Position numbers and translations under genes: made by a program. From contig OZ254086.1 of the NCBI GenBank assembly GCA_965267575.1, positions 1,824,001-1,888,000 of the forward strand: DNA of 64,000 bases, given 5' to 3'. This document shows, one piece after another, positions 30,777 through 40,108 of this stretch (positions are counted from its first letter, which is position 1; every line of letters starts with the position of its first letter). The DNA is from Calditrichales bacterium. Lineage in GTDB: Bacteria > Calditrichota > Calditrichia > Calditrichales > J004. The notes below the pieces were generated by a model. The model was not told where the DNA came from. It worked only from the letters and a program-made list of their open reading frames with translations, and ran no database searches.

Positions 30777-32084
30777 ATGTTAGACGAAACCATTGAGCTT
30801 TTTACCAAACGCGTGCGTGAAACGGTATTGGCCGATCAGCGCATGTCGCACATCCCGCTAGCCTACCTGATCACGCTGCAGATCCCGGACTCCATCAAGC
30901 ATTTTTTCAAGCAGGAAGTGGAGATCTGGCTGCGCGAGGAAGAAGAGAAATTTACAAGCGAGCGCTTTGATTACGACGAGCCGCAGGTGCGCATGCTGAT
31001 CGATCAGATTTTTGATCACCTGCAGCAGAATGCGGTTTTTGAGCTGACCAAATTCAATCACCTGCTGGAGCGCGCCGTAAAGCTGGAGCTGAATTACCTG
31101 GTGCGCCCGCACCGCACGCTGACGCAGTTTATCTTCCGCAACAGCAACAACGTCTCGACGATGGAAGTGTATGACACGCTCAAGTACTTCTTCAAATTCG
31201 AATATTATAAAAACGCCATTTCCGATTATTTCAATACCAAGTACCTGCGCAGCATCACGCAGGACCAGTTTGTTGACCTGATCAACCAGATCGATGAAAA
31301 AGCGTTTAGCGAGAACCGACTTGAGACAACGCTTAAAACGGTGAAGTCGATTATGGCGGCCCTGGCCGAGGCGCGCCAGCAGGATGTGGACAGCATCAGC
31401 GTAGAGGTTCTGCACGACGCACTCTCTGATCGTAACCTTGATGATTACGCCGGACTGGTTAAAGAAATAGTGGATAAGGGCCAGGTTAATGAACTGACTC
31501 TCGGTGAAGTGGAGCAGCTACTTAAAACCGGTAAACTGGAAGCCGGTGTCAGTGAAGAAACGCAGACCACGCTGGAACCGCACCGCGATATCGAAAGCGA
31601 AGCGCCGGAAGTGGATGTGGCCGAAATTGAGATGAAAGAGGCCGAAGTTGACCTGACCGAGGTTGAAGAGGAAGAAGACGAATTCGAGGAAGAACTGGAC
31701 GAAGAGACAGAAGCGGCGGCTGAAGCCATCACCGATGTGCGCAAATCCAATGTTGCCAGCGACCTGGCCGACCACGTAGCCAAACAGATCAGTTCTACTT
31801 CACCGTTGGCTGACCTGAATGAAATGATCAAAGGCCGCCAGCGCCGCAAGATCATTAAGCGCCTTTTCCGCAAAAACGAGCAGGAATTCCTCAAATTTCT
31901 GCAGTTGATCAACAACCAGCCAAACTGGAAATCGGCATCGCATATTATTGACGATGAGTTTTATAATCGCGAAATCAATCCATATTCCAAGGAAGCAATC
32001 GCGCTGAGCGACGTGATTTATCTGCGCTTTTTCCCCAAGGACAAATACGTGGGCGAAAAAAGCGACGACGTCAAGTTTGACTAA
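30777..32084 (+). CDS. Hypothetical helical protein with long acidic linker
   Basis: 435-aa ORF, aaggag RBS, E/D-rich tract. Confidence 0.8.
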   Translation: MLDETIELFTKRVRETVLADQRMSHIPLAYLITLQIPDSIKHFFKQEVEIWLREEEEKFTSERFDYDEPQVRMLIDQIFDHLQQNAVFELTKFNHLLERAVKLELNYLVRPHRTLTQFIFRNSNNVSTMEVYDTLKYFFKFEYYKNAISDYFNTKYLRSITQDQFVDLINQIDEKAFSENRLETTLKTVKSIMAALAEARQQDVDSISVEVLHDALSDRNLDDYAGLVKEIVDKGQVNELTLGEVEQLLKTGKLEAGVSEETQTTLEPHRDIESEAPEVDVAEIEMKEAEVDLTEVEEEEDEFEEELDEETEAAAEAITDVRKSNVASDLADHVAKQISSTSPLADLNEMIKGRQRRKIIKRLFRKNEQEFLKFLQLINNQPNWKSASHIIDDEFYNREINPYSKEAIALSDVIYLRFFPKDKYVGEKSDDVKFD

Positions 32085-32949
32085 TCGCCGGATGAAAAAG
32101 CTGTTCCTGATCATCGGGGCGGGCAGGATCGGGACCTCCCTCTACCGCGTGCTCAACACATCGCAGGAGGGCTGTGCCCATCTTTTTGGCAGGCAGGAGT
32201 GGGCCGCGTTTGACGAAGGCCGTATCGCCAAAGAGCATTATTCCACAACGCTCCCCGAAGATTTAGTGGAAAGTGTTAAGGCGATTGTCTTTGCTGTTCA
32301 GGACGATCGTATCAAGGATGCCAGCCGTGTTATTCTAAAATACCGTCTCAAAAACAAATGCGTTTTCCACCTTAGCGGCGCCAAGGGCAGTTCCGAATTG
32401 GAACACCTGGCCGCGCGTGGCGCATTGACCGGCGCCCTCCATCCCCTGCAATCTTTTGCCAATCCTTTTGAAGATATCCACCACTGGAAAAACGTGCTTT
32501 TCTCGTTTGAAGGCGATAAGGGCGCGCTGCTCCAAGCCAGGGATATTGCGGAGCGGGCAAAGGGCCGCCTGATCACCGTAAGCGAGGAGCAGAAAGTGGC
32601 CATACACCTGGCCGGTGTATTTTCTGCCAACTACTTGGTACCCATGCTCAACATAGCCGAAAATATCCTGCACACGGCGGGCATCAACGATCTACCCGCC
32701 AACGAAATGCTTTTTCCGCTGCTGCGCGGCGTCACTTTCAACTACGCTCAAAGATCATCCGAAAAAATACTTACCGGGCCGCTGGTGCGCGGAGACGTTA
32801 CCGTCCTGCGCCGCCACCTGGATTTTCTCAAACGCAATGAGGGCAACAGCGAGCTATATGTGCAACTGGCCCGGATGATCCTCGACAACCCCCGCTTTGA
32901 TATTGCCGACCGTGAGCGCATTGCCGCTCTTATAGAAACGTATAAGTGA
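32077..32949 (+). CDS. Rossmann-like/DUF2520 oxidoreductase (PanG-like family)
   Basis: IIGAGRIG, AVQDD, HLSGA, LHPLQSF, LTGPLVRGD; start may be ATG 32092. Confidence 0.88.
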   Translation: MTNRRMKKLFLIIGAGRIGTSLYRVLNTSQEGCAHLFGRQEWAAFDEGRIAKEHYSTTLPEDLVESVKAIVFAVQDDRIKDASRVILKYRLKNKCVFHLSGAKGSSELEHLAARGALTGALHPLQSFANPFEDIHHWKNVLFSFEGDKGALLQARDIAERAKGRLITVSEEQKVAIHLAGVFSANYLVPMLNIAENILHTAGINDLPANEMLFPLLRGVTFNYAQRSSEKILTGPLVRGDVTVLRRHLDFLKRNEGNSELYVQLARMILDNPRFDIADRERIAALIETYK

Positions 32950-33013
32950 TTGCTGTAACGTCTTCGTTTGCCCCGCGTCCAAAACAGAGTAAGTAAAATG
33001 ACAGGAGTGAACC

Positions 33014-33424
33014 ATGGCACGCATAACGCAAGACAAAGAGATCAAAAACATCCTTGAACAAAGTAAAGTAATCGCCGTCGTAGGTATGTCGCAAAAGACC
33101 TGGCGCGACAGCAACAAGATCGGCCGCTACCTGATGGACAACGGCTACCGCGTGATACCGGTGAATCCGGCCTACGATGAGATCGATGGCGAAAAATGTT
33201 ATGACAGCCTGAAAGACATTTCCGTGGATATTGATATTGTGGATGTGTTCCGCAAGCCCGAGGCGGTGGCTGAAATCGCCGACGAGGCAATCGACATTGG
33301 CGCAAAGACGCTGTGGCTGCAGCTTGGCGTGGTAGATGAAGAAGCCGCGGAAAAAGCCTCCAACGCCGGCCTGAATGTTATAATGGATCACTGCATCATG
33401 GTGGAACACAGGAAGTTGCTTTGA
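33014..33424 (+). CDS. CoA-binding protein (YccU-like)
   Basis: IAVVGMS, VIPVNP, DIVDVFR, LWLQLG, MDHC. Confidence 0.92.
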   Translation: MARITQDKEIKNILEQSKVIAVVGMSQKTWRDSNKIGRYLMDNGYRVIPVNPAYDEIDGEKCYDSLKDISVDIDIVDVFRKPEAVAEIADEAIDIGAKTLWLQLGVVDEEAAEKASNAGLNVIMDHCIMVEHRKLL

Positions 33425-33641
33425 GAATTTAATTTGGTACATGGCAATAAAAAAAGAGCTGCTTACTGATTCATACGGTAAGCAACCAGTTGTTTTGATA
33501 AATCGCCAGTTGGGTCATTTAGTATTCTCTTTTGCCTGGATTTTAAGTCAAGGCACATTGTTCTTTTTGCCTGTCCAAACCCGATTACCGCGCCTCCCTG
33601 CGCTCATCGGGATGAAATCATCCCGGATTTCAAAACAATCC

Positions 33642-33715
33642 CAAAAGACCTGACGCATTGAGTCTTGCACCTTTGGGTTTTTCGCAAAAAATTATGGATG
33701 GGAAACGGCGCTCTA
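33642..33715. repeat. Left half of a dispersed palindromic element
   Basis: caaaagacctgacgcattgagtcttgc...aaaattat...ggcgctcta; homologous to 39281-39355. Confidence 0.7.
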
Positions 33716-33772
33716 CAAAGAAATGGATATATTATAACTTGACTTTAAAAATATCCACGTTAAATTTAAACC

Positions 33773-34933
33773 ATGTTTAAAAGATGGTTTTCCGTTAAAG
33801 ACGATAAAAGCAGTCTGATAATAGGCCCCCGGCGCAGTGGCAAAACAACCTTGCTTAAAGCGCTGTTTCCGGACTATAAATATGTTACGCTCGATAACCT
33901 GGATTACCTGGATTGGGCCGGGAAAGATCCAAAAGGTTTTATAGAGAGTCTCGGTTCTAAAGCGATTATCGATGAAATACAACGCGATCCAAAATTGACT
34001 GTCGCGGTTAAGTACGCCATCGATAACCAAAATGTGCATTTTCTGATGACGGGTTCAAGCTCCATCGGTTTGCTGGATAAGGCTGCCGATACGCTGGCCG
34101 GCCGAATAAATCTGCGTGCTCTTCCAACGGCCTGTTTTGGCGAAAATGCAGGAGCTCCCACGCACAAAATTCTGGATGAACAGCCGGAACGTTTGCAAAT
34201 AAAGAAAGGGCAAAGACTCCTGGAAAACGCCCTGGAGTATGGCCAGTTCCCCGAGGTTCTTACCTGCCAAACGGACGAAGAAAAAAGCGATCTGCTTTTA
34301 AACTACCGTGACACATACTTCACGCGTGACCTGATGCAAATGGCCAACCTGGAAAACCTGGACGGGCTTTTGACGGTTTTTTATCATCTGGCACGTAGCA
34401 TTTCTTCGCATCTCGAAGTGGCAAATTTTGCCAGGGAATCGGACATGAGCTATCCGACGACAAAAAAATATCTCAACAATCTCTTTATGTCTCATCTGAC
34501 TTTTCGATTGTATGGGTATCAGTATGGCCCGGCTAAGAAATTTATCAAAGCTTCAAAAACCTATTTTGCGGACAATGGCATAATTAAAAGCCTGAACGTT
34601 AAACTAAATGATGGCCAGATCCTGGAAAACTTTGTCATTGCGGAATTTGAAAAACGTCGTAAGCTTGGTTTTTTGAAATGCGACAGGCTCTATTATTACA
34701 AAAGCGCCGCCGGCCGTGAAATAGACCTGTTGTTTGAAATTGATGACCGGCTTCACGCAATTGAGATAAAACATACCCGAAATCCGGCGCCAAGGGATGT
34801 AAGCAATCTGGTGCAATTTTCAAAGCAACTTGATAAACCGGTAAATCTGTTTTTGTTCTATACCGGCGAAGAATATGGCGAGATAAACGGCGTCAAAATA
34901 GTACCGGTGGCGGCATTGTTCGGCGGGGTCTGA
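33773..34933 (+). CDS. AAA+ ATP-binding protein with DUF4143-type C-terminal domain
   Basis: GPRRSGKTT, IIDEIQ, MTGSS, GQFPE, KTYFADNG, ENFV, REIDL, IEIK. Confidence 0.9.
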   Translation: MFKRWFSVKDDKSSLIIGPRRSGKTTLLKALFPDYKYVTLDNLDYLDWAGKDPKGFIESLGSKAIIDEIQRDPKLTVAVKYAIDNQNVHFLMTGSSSIGLLDKAADTLAGRINLRALPTACFGENAGAPTHKILDEQPERLQIKKGQRLLENALEYGQFPEVLTCQTDEEKSDLLLNYRDTYFTRDLMQMANLENLDGLLTVFYHLARSISSHLEVANFARESDMSYPTTKKYLNNLFMSHLTFRLYGYQYGPAKKFIKASKTYFADNGIIKSLNVKLNDGQILENFVIAEFEKRRKLGFLKCDRLYYYKSAAGREIDLLFEIDDRLHAIEIKHTRNPAPRDVSNLVQFSKQLDKPVNLFLFYTGEEYGEINGVKIVPVAALFGGV

Positions 34934-34965
34934 AAGGTTTTAATCAAGGCCTATGCCCAGGGACG

Positions 34966-35002
34966 GGCGCTCTATAATGCGTCGTCGCGCTTGGGGCGCG
35001 AT
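34966..35002. repeat. Right half of the dispersed palindromic element
   Basis: ggcgctcta-taatgcgtcgtcgcgcttggggcgcgat; homologous to 39347-39382. Confidence 0.7.
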
Positions 35003-35023
35003 AAGGATTTTTAGTTCTTTGAC

Positions 35024-36055
35024 ATGTGCCACCTCCGTTTCCGCAGCTCCGAAGCCAGCAGCAACCGGCCCTACCTGGAAGTAAAATACAAGATCGAATA
35101 CACCGCCAACTACTACCTGAAAGACCACCTGGGAAATATCAGGGTAACGGTGGATGAAAACGGCGACGTGGTCAGCCATGATGACTATTACCCCTTTGGG
35201 CTGCAGATGGCGGGGCGCTCCTTTAATGCCGGCACGGATAATGATATTTATAAGTACAATGGCAAGGAGCTGGATGATGAAGCCGGCATTAACTGGCATT
35301 ATTACGGGGCACGGTATTATGATGCAGTGATAGGGCGGTGGATGGCGGTTGATCCATTAGCTTACAAATATTATTCCGTCAGCCCGTATGTATATACTTT
35401 GAACAATCCAACGAAGTATATAGACCCAAATGGGATGGAAGTTCGTGGAGATAGTACAGACTTAGCACAAGTTGCTGAAAGTCTAAATAATGAAAATGAA
35501 GGCGCGAATGTAACTGTTGAAAAAAAGCCTGAAAAGAAAGTAGATGTTTGGGGAACAATTAAAAACTTCTTTTCTGGTTCAATAGAAGTCGCCTATACAA
35601 CAAATACTTACTTTGCTTTATCTACAAATGGAAGCAGTTTTAATTGGGGTGCAAATAAATTTACCTCGGCAATGTATGATGTGATAAATAGTCGAGATAT
35701 TATTTATGATGTGAAAATTTCTGAAAAATACAATGGCCCGGATAATGCTATTAAAGGGACTGATATAGCGTCACAATTAGGAGGTGGGTATTTTGATGAA
35801 AGAAGTGGAGGCGGAACCGTTTGGCTGTCGGGAGTTGGTACGCATAGCGAGTCAATAGGTGTAAGATTTATGCATGAAGCGATCGGACACGGACACCCGG
35901 TAACAGGTATAGGATGGGAAGGAAATGCCACACTTGTGAATCAGCACTACAATGGACGATACGATTCTGGTCACTACGGTTATCATCCTGTTGTCGGATG
36001 GAGATATATAAATTTATACAGGATGGAACAGGTGGGGAGGAAAGTACTTAAATAA
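35024..36055 (+). CDS. Orphan RHS core plus toxin tip (cassette 1), probably 5'-truncated
   Basis: YYLKDHLGNIR, DYYPFG, YKYNGKELD, YYGARYYD, IDPNG cleavage motif, AT-richer tip with HEAIGH. Confidence 0.85.
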   Translation: MCHLRFRSSEASSNRPYLEVKYKIEYTANYYLKDHLGNIRVTVDENGDVVSHDDYYPFGLQMAGRSFNAGTDNDIYKYNGKELDDEAGINWHYYGARYYDAVIGRWMAVDPLAYKYYSVSPYVYTLNNPTKYIDPNGMEVRGDSTDLAQVAESLNNENEGANVTVEKKPEKKVDVWGTIKNFFSGSIEVAYTTNTYFALSTNGSSFNWGANKFTSAMYDVINSRDIIYDVKISEKYNGPDNAIKGTDIASQLGGGYFDERSGGGTVWLSGVGTHSESIGVRFMHEAIGHGHPVTGIGWEGNATLVNQHYNGRYDSGHYGYHPVVGWRYINLYRMEQVGRKVLK

Positions 36056-37300
36056 TGGGGTTTTAGAAATGAATACTAAAAGCATCGTCAAAAAGAACAT
36101 TCTTATTATCTTTGGTATTTCTCTTTTAATCTCATCGAGCATTTTGATTTCTCAAAGTTTCAAAGATAATAAGTACAATAATAATAATATAAATAATGAA
36201 AATGTAATAAATAATTCAGGTTCTATTGATGGGATTGGAGTTCCATATTTTTACAAAGAACGGAGCATTTTTAGGACAACCCCGCAAGTACTTTTTGTAG
36301 TGATTTTTTCGATTCTCATGGGTTTTGTCTTTTTGTTCTTTCCCACCGAAGTAAAAGCTATTTTTTGTTATAATTTAAATCTGAAATATCTTATTGGCTA
36401 TTTAATTTTTGTCTTACTTTTTGCTTTTGCTATAAAATACTTTCATGTTAAAGTATTCTTTTATAACCACAATTTTTTATTTTTAAATGGTATTATTTTT
36501 TTGCTAATATTATTCTTGTTTTTAAGACTGTGGCGAATTAATCCGAGCAAACGAATAATATTTTTTATTAGTATTTTGTTATGTTTTTATCAAGGAATCG
36601 GACTACTGATTGAGTTGGGTAATTTTTTTGTACCATTATTTATCCACGAAGGTAAATGGCCGTTAGTAGATGGAAATTATATAGCAATATATGATTCATT
36701 CATGAATCACAAGTTTACGCTTGGATATACTCTGTTTAGATTACAAAATAATTTTCTTCTACTCTTTTCACTATTTTTTTTATTTAAGCTGAAACTTAAA
36801 GAATAAAATATCTAATTTTGTCATTTGTTTTTCGAGCTATTTTTGCTCTGAAACGGACATCCAGCTACAACTGGAGCGGCACGCTGGCCGAAGGGGATTA
36901 TGACCCCATGTACACCGATGAGCAGACCGTGGTGCTGAATCCTTACCAGTGGTACGAATGGGATGTGCTGGAAGCGGTCTCCATGTGGCACAGCGGCTAC
37001 GCCGGCAATTACGGAATGATCCTGATCGCAGCCAACGAAGACTCCCCCGGTTATGACGTCCGTTTCCGCAGCTCCGAAGCCAGCAGCAACCGGCCCTACC
37101 TGGAAGTAAAATACAAGATCGAATACACCGCCAACTACTACCTGAAAGACCACCTGGGAAATATCAGGGTAACGGTGGATGAAAACGGCGACGTGGTCAG
37201 CCATGATGACTATTACCCGTTTGGGCTTCAGATGGCGGGACGCTCCTTCAACGCCGGGACGGATAATGATATTTATAAATACAATGGCAAGGAGCTGGAT
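35034..37300 (+). repeat. 242-bp direct repeat at 35034-35275 and 37059-37300 (DNRLRE end plus RHS core start)
   Basis: Near-identical DNA encoding RFRSSEASSNRPYLEVKY...YKYNGKELD. Confidence 0.92.
36069..36806 (+). CDS. AT-rich membrane protein, candidate immunity for cassette 1
   Basis: Starts 13 bp after toxin stop; very AT-rich; multiple TM helices. Confidence 0.65.
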   Translation: MNTKSIVKKNILIIFGISLLISSSILISQSFKDNKYNNNNINNENVINNSGSIDGIGVPYFYKERSIFRTTPQVLFVVIFSILMGFVFLFFPTEVKAIFCYNLNLKYLIGYLIFVLLFAFAIKYFHVKVFFYNHNFLFLNGIIFLLILFLFLRLWRINPSKRIIFFISILLCFYQGIGLLIELGNFFVPLFIHEGKWPLVDGNYIAIYDSFMNHKFTLGYTLFRLQNNFLLLFSLFFLFKLKLKE

Positions 37301-37962
37301 ATGTATATAATTCACCCATTAATTATATAGATCCGATGGGTTTATCACCGGAAACAGATGAGATGATACGCCAATGGAGTAGTGAATGGGATGCTGTGTG
37401 GGGTCCCGCAAATGGAATGCTTCCGGGCTGGGATAGTTGGCATGGTTCCACCAATAGCTATTTGGAAAATTATCAAAATGACGCCGGCGGACATTGGGAA
37501 AGACAAGATTATGGAACATCGGCGGCTAACGACCCTATTACGTGGCATGGATATGATTGGATTTGGGCTGGCCCTTACGAAATTGGCTGGCTTGGGCTCT
37601 TATTAGAGGACATACCAGCAAGACATATTACTTTCAGAAATGGCAGTGTTTATGCTACAGACAGACGGGGGCCTGTTGGGACGTTTACCGTACATACAGG
37701 CATGCCTCCTGATGCGGGACTTCCCTCACTCAAACTGTTAAAAGGAAGCAAAGATGTAGCCGCACTGATTCAAATCGCGAAAAGAGCCAAAAAAACTGGT
37801 GTAACTGTTAAAGAGGCTAAGATTCTTTTAGAATGGGCAAGAGAATAAGGGCTTAAAACATCACAAGGAATTGAGCGCCATTTATCAAGAAATTTTAAAG
37901 ATTGGCATATTAGAATAGGCCGCACTAACCATATAAGAGTAAATAATTATCGTGGAAAGTAA
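36851..37962 (+). pseudogene. RHS cassette 2: DNRLRE-like fragment, internally deleted RHS core, toxin tip with nonsense codon
   Basis: Core jumps from KELD to YVYNSPINYIDPMG with a frameshift; tip interrupted by TAA at 37846-37848, frame then open to 37962. Confidence 0.8.
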
Positions 37963-37984
37963 TTTCGTTGAGCAGGAGGGTGTT

Positions 37985-38425
37985 ATGAAAGAAATTAATA
38001 TATCGCGTGGTTTTGCCAAAAAACACTACAAAGATATATTAAAACACGCCTTAGAACATTGTTCTTATTGTCTATATGTTGTGCAAGATTTTGAACTTGT
38101 AAATTCAAATGCATTGAAAATAATAAATAAAATGAGAATGAAGCTTGCAAAACAATATAAGGATTCGAAGTGGCCAGGAACTGAATTGTTAGATACGCAG
38201 GTCGATATTTTTATTCATATATTTGACTATGATACCTGCGAAATGCTAACCGGATTTGCCAGTGGCTTCCCTGCATGGCAGCATCCAGATTTACCTGAGG
38301 ATTTATGCCTATTGAGAGAAGATATGTCTCCATATTTCATATCAATTGCACACGAGCGTGATTTTTATTTCTTGTTACAAGACAATGAATTTGAACTGCT
38401 TAAACATAGGTTCCCCATGTTTTAA
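37985..38425 (+). CDS. Candidate immunity protein for cassette 2
   Basis: aggagg RBS before ATG 37985; AT-rich; WPGT and WQHPDLPEDL...SIAHE motifs; follows toxin tip. Confidence 0.75.
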   Translation: MKEINISRGFAKKHYKDILKHALEHCSYCLYVVQDFELVNSNALKIINKMRMKLAKQYKDSKWPGTELLDTQVDIFIHIFDYDTCEMLTGFASGFPAWQHPDLPEDLCLLREDMSPYFISIAHERDFYFLLQDNEFELLKHRFPMF

Positions 38426-38430
38426 AACTT

Positions 38431-39050
38431 TTGTATAAAGAAATGGACTCGCTGAAACAGGAACGGCGTCTTGCCCGGGCCGAGCTGGACGATTACGAGA
38501 ATAAAGCGTTGCTGAAATTTATGCGCCGTGGCAAAAAGCTGTTCCACCTGCCGGATGATATCGCCTATGCCGAAGCGGACTCCGCGGAAGGGGAAAACCA
38601 CGCCACCCTGAAACGGCGCCTGAAAACGATAGACGGCAAACAGACGCTGATCACGGGCATCAAATATCAAAAGCTGCAGAAGTTTGCGGCTGGTGCGGTG
38701 GTGCTGGACCCGACCATCGAGACATCGCTGGATGCGGTGGAAGATGTCTGGCTGGAAAATTCAGGCAACAAGAACTATTACAGCATGCTGCTGGTGGCCA
38801 AGGACCGCAACTATGCCAAGAAACGCTCAATCATCAAGTTTGACATCAGCAGCATCCCGGGCATGGCCACCATCCAGAGCGCATCGCTGAACATGTACTA
38901 CTTCAGCCGTGGCGGCAGCAGCAGTCAATATCCCTGGATCGATCGTCCTATTCGCACGCACCGGCTTTTAAAGGATTGGCAGGAAGCCTATGCCACCAGC
39001 ATCAAACGGACATCCGCTCAGAATTGGAGCGGCACACTGGCCGAAGGGGA
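38431..39050 (+). pseudogene. Fragment of RHS-associated protein with first half of a DNRLRE-like domain (cassette 3 arm, truncated)
   Basis: VVLDPT, EDVWL, RSIIKFDISSIP...IQSASLNMY, WQE; last 47 bp match 36851-36897. Confidence 0.7.
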
Positions 39051-39280
39051 ACGGCTCTTAAAACCTAAACACGCTAAGAGGCGTTTACTGCGCGTTTGTT
39101 GAGCGGGTCGTATAGCTCAAACTCAAGGCCCTGCGGGCCATACTGTCATAGCAGCTAAAAACGGCGGTAATTCTGCAACCCCATCGGGGTGTACCGGCAG
39201 GCCGCCGCGATGCGGCTGCTTCTTTTTCAGGTAACCTTTTCTATGACGGAATGCATCTACGATGCTCAAAACGTCGAAAG

Positions 39281-39382
39281 CAAAAAGACCTGACGCATTG
39301 GGTCTTGCTTCTTTCAGGCTTTCGCGTAAAATTATTGCCGGGGATAGGCGCCCTAAATGCGTCGTCGCGCTTGGGGCGCGAT
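39281..39382. repeat. Intact copy of the dispersed palindromic element
   Basis: Hairpins aagacc...ggtctt and tcgcgc-ttggg-gcgcga. Confidence 0.7.
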
Positions 39383-39470
39383 GGGGTGAGATATCCAATT
39401 AAAAATTTACTGACATCAAGGTTGTCTTGTGGCAAATGAAATTGTGCTATGAATACTACGTCAACATCTT

Positions 39471-39542
39471 AATTCAGCAATTCAGCAATTCAGCAATTCA
39501 GCAATTCAGCAATTCAGCAATTCAGCAATTCACTGATTCAAT
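39471..39542. repeat. 8-bp tandem repeat (AATTCAGC)x7 plus degenerate units
   Basis: Direct reading. Confidence 0.95.
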
Positions 39543-39545
39543 CAT

Positions 39546-40097
39546 TCAAGGATTAAGTCCCAGGTCGCCAGCGACGGGTTTAAGGGCATCGACAACAAAC
39601 TCCGCGTGGCTGTCGAAATCCAGGTTCAGCTCTTCGGCGCCCTGACGCATTTCTTCGCGGCTTACTTTGGCGGCAAAGCGTTTGTCTTTCATTTTCTTTT
39701 TTACCGATTTGGCCGAAACCTGGCTGAGAGCCTTGTCCGGTTTTACAAGCGTAACGGCGGTTATAAAACCGCACAGTTCATCTACGGCAAACAGGGCTTT
39801 GGCCATGCGGCTTTCGCGCGGCACGCCCGTGTAGGTGGCGTGGCCCATAATGGCTTCGCGGATATCCTCGTCCACTCCCGCTTCGGTCAAAATTTTCTCG
39901 CCTTTGTAGGGATGTTCTTCGGGGAATTTCTCGTAATCAAAATCGTGCAGCAGCCCGGTGATGCCCCATTTTTCCACATCTTCATTCCATTTTTGGGCGT
40001 AAGCGCGCATGGCGGCTTCCACGGCATAGGCATGGCGCCGCAGGCTGTCCGTTTCCGTGTATTGATGCAATAATTCCAAAGCCGTACTACGATCCAT
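39546..40097 (-). CDS. HD-domain metal-dependent phosphohydrolase
   Basis: LRRHAYAVE, GLLHDFDYE, AVDELCG, KKKMKDKRFAA. Confidence 0.9.
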   Translation of the reverse strand: MDRSTALELLHQYTETDSLRRHAYAVEAAMRAYAQKWNEDVEKWGITGLLHDFDYEKFPEEHPYKGEKILTEAGVDEDIREAIMGHATYTGVPRESRMAKALFAVDELCGFITAVTLVKPDKALSQVSAKSVKKKMKDKRFAAKVSREEMRQGAEELNLDFDSHAEFVVDALKPVAGDLGLNP

Positions 40098-40108
40098 AAT
40101 GATTCCCT

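Noticed and set aside
33441-33653. 70-aa ORF
   Set aside because: Runs through hairpins and repeat DNA; no recognisable protein features
33642-39382. Prophage, integron or IS element
   Set aside because: No integrase, transposase, phage genes or convincing attC sites
39427-39645. ORF with IQQFSNSA repeats
   Set aside because: Translation of the 8-bp tandem repeat, antisense to the HD gene end
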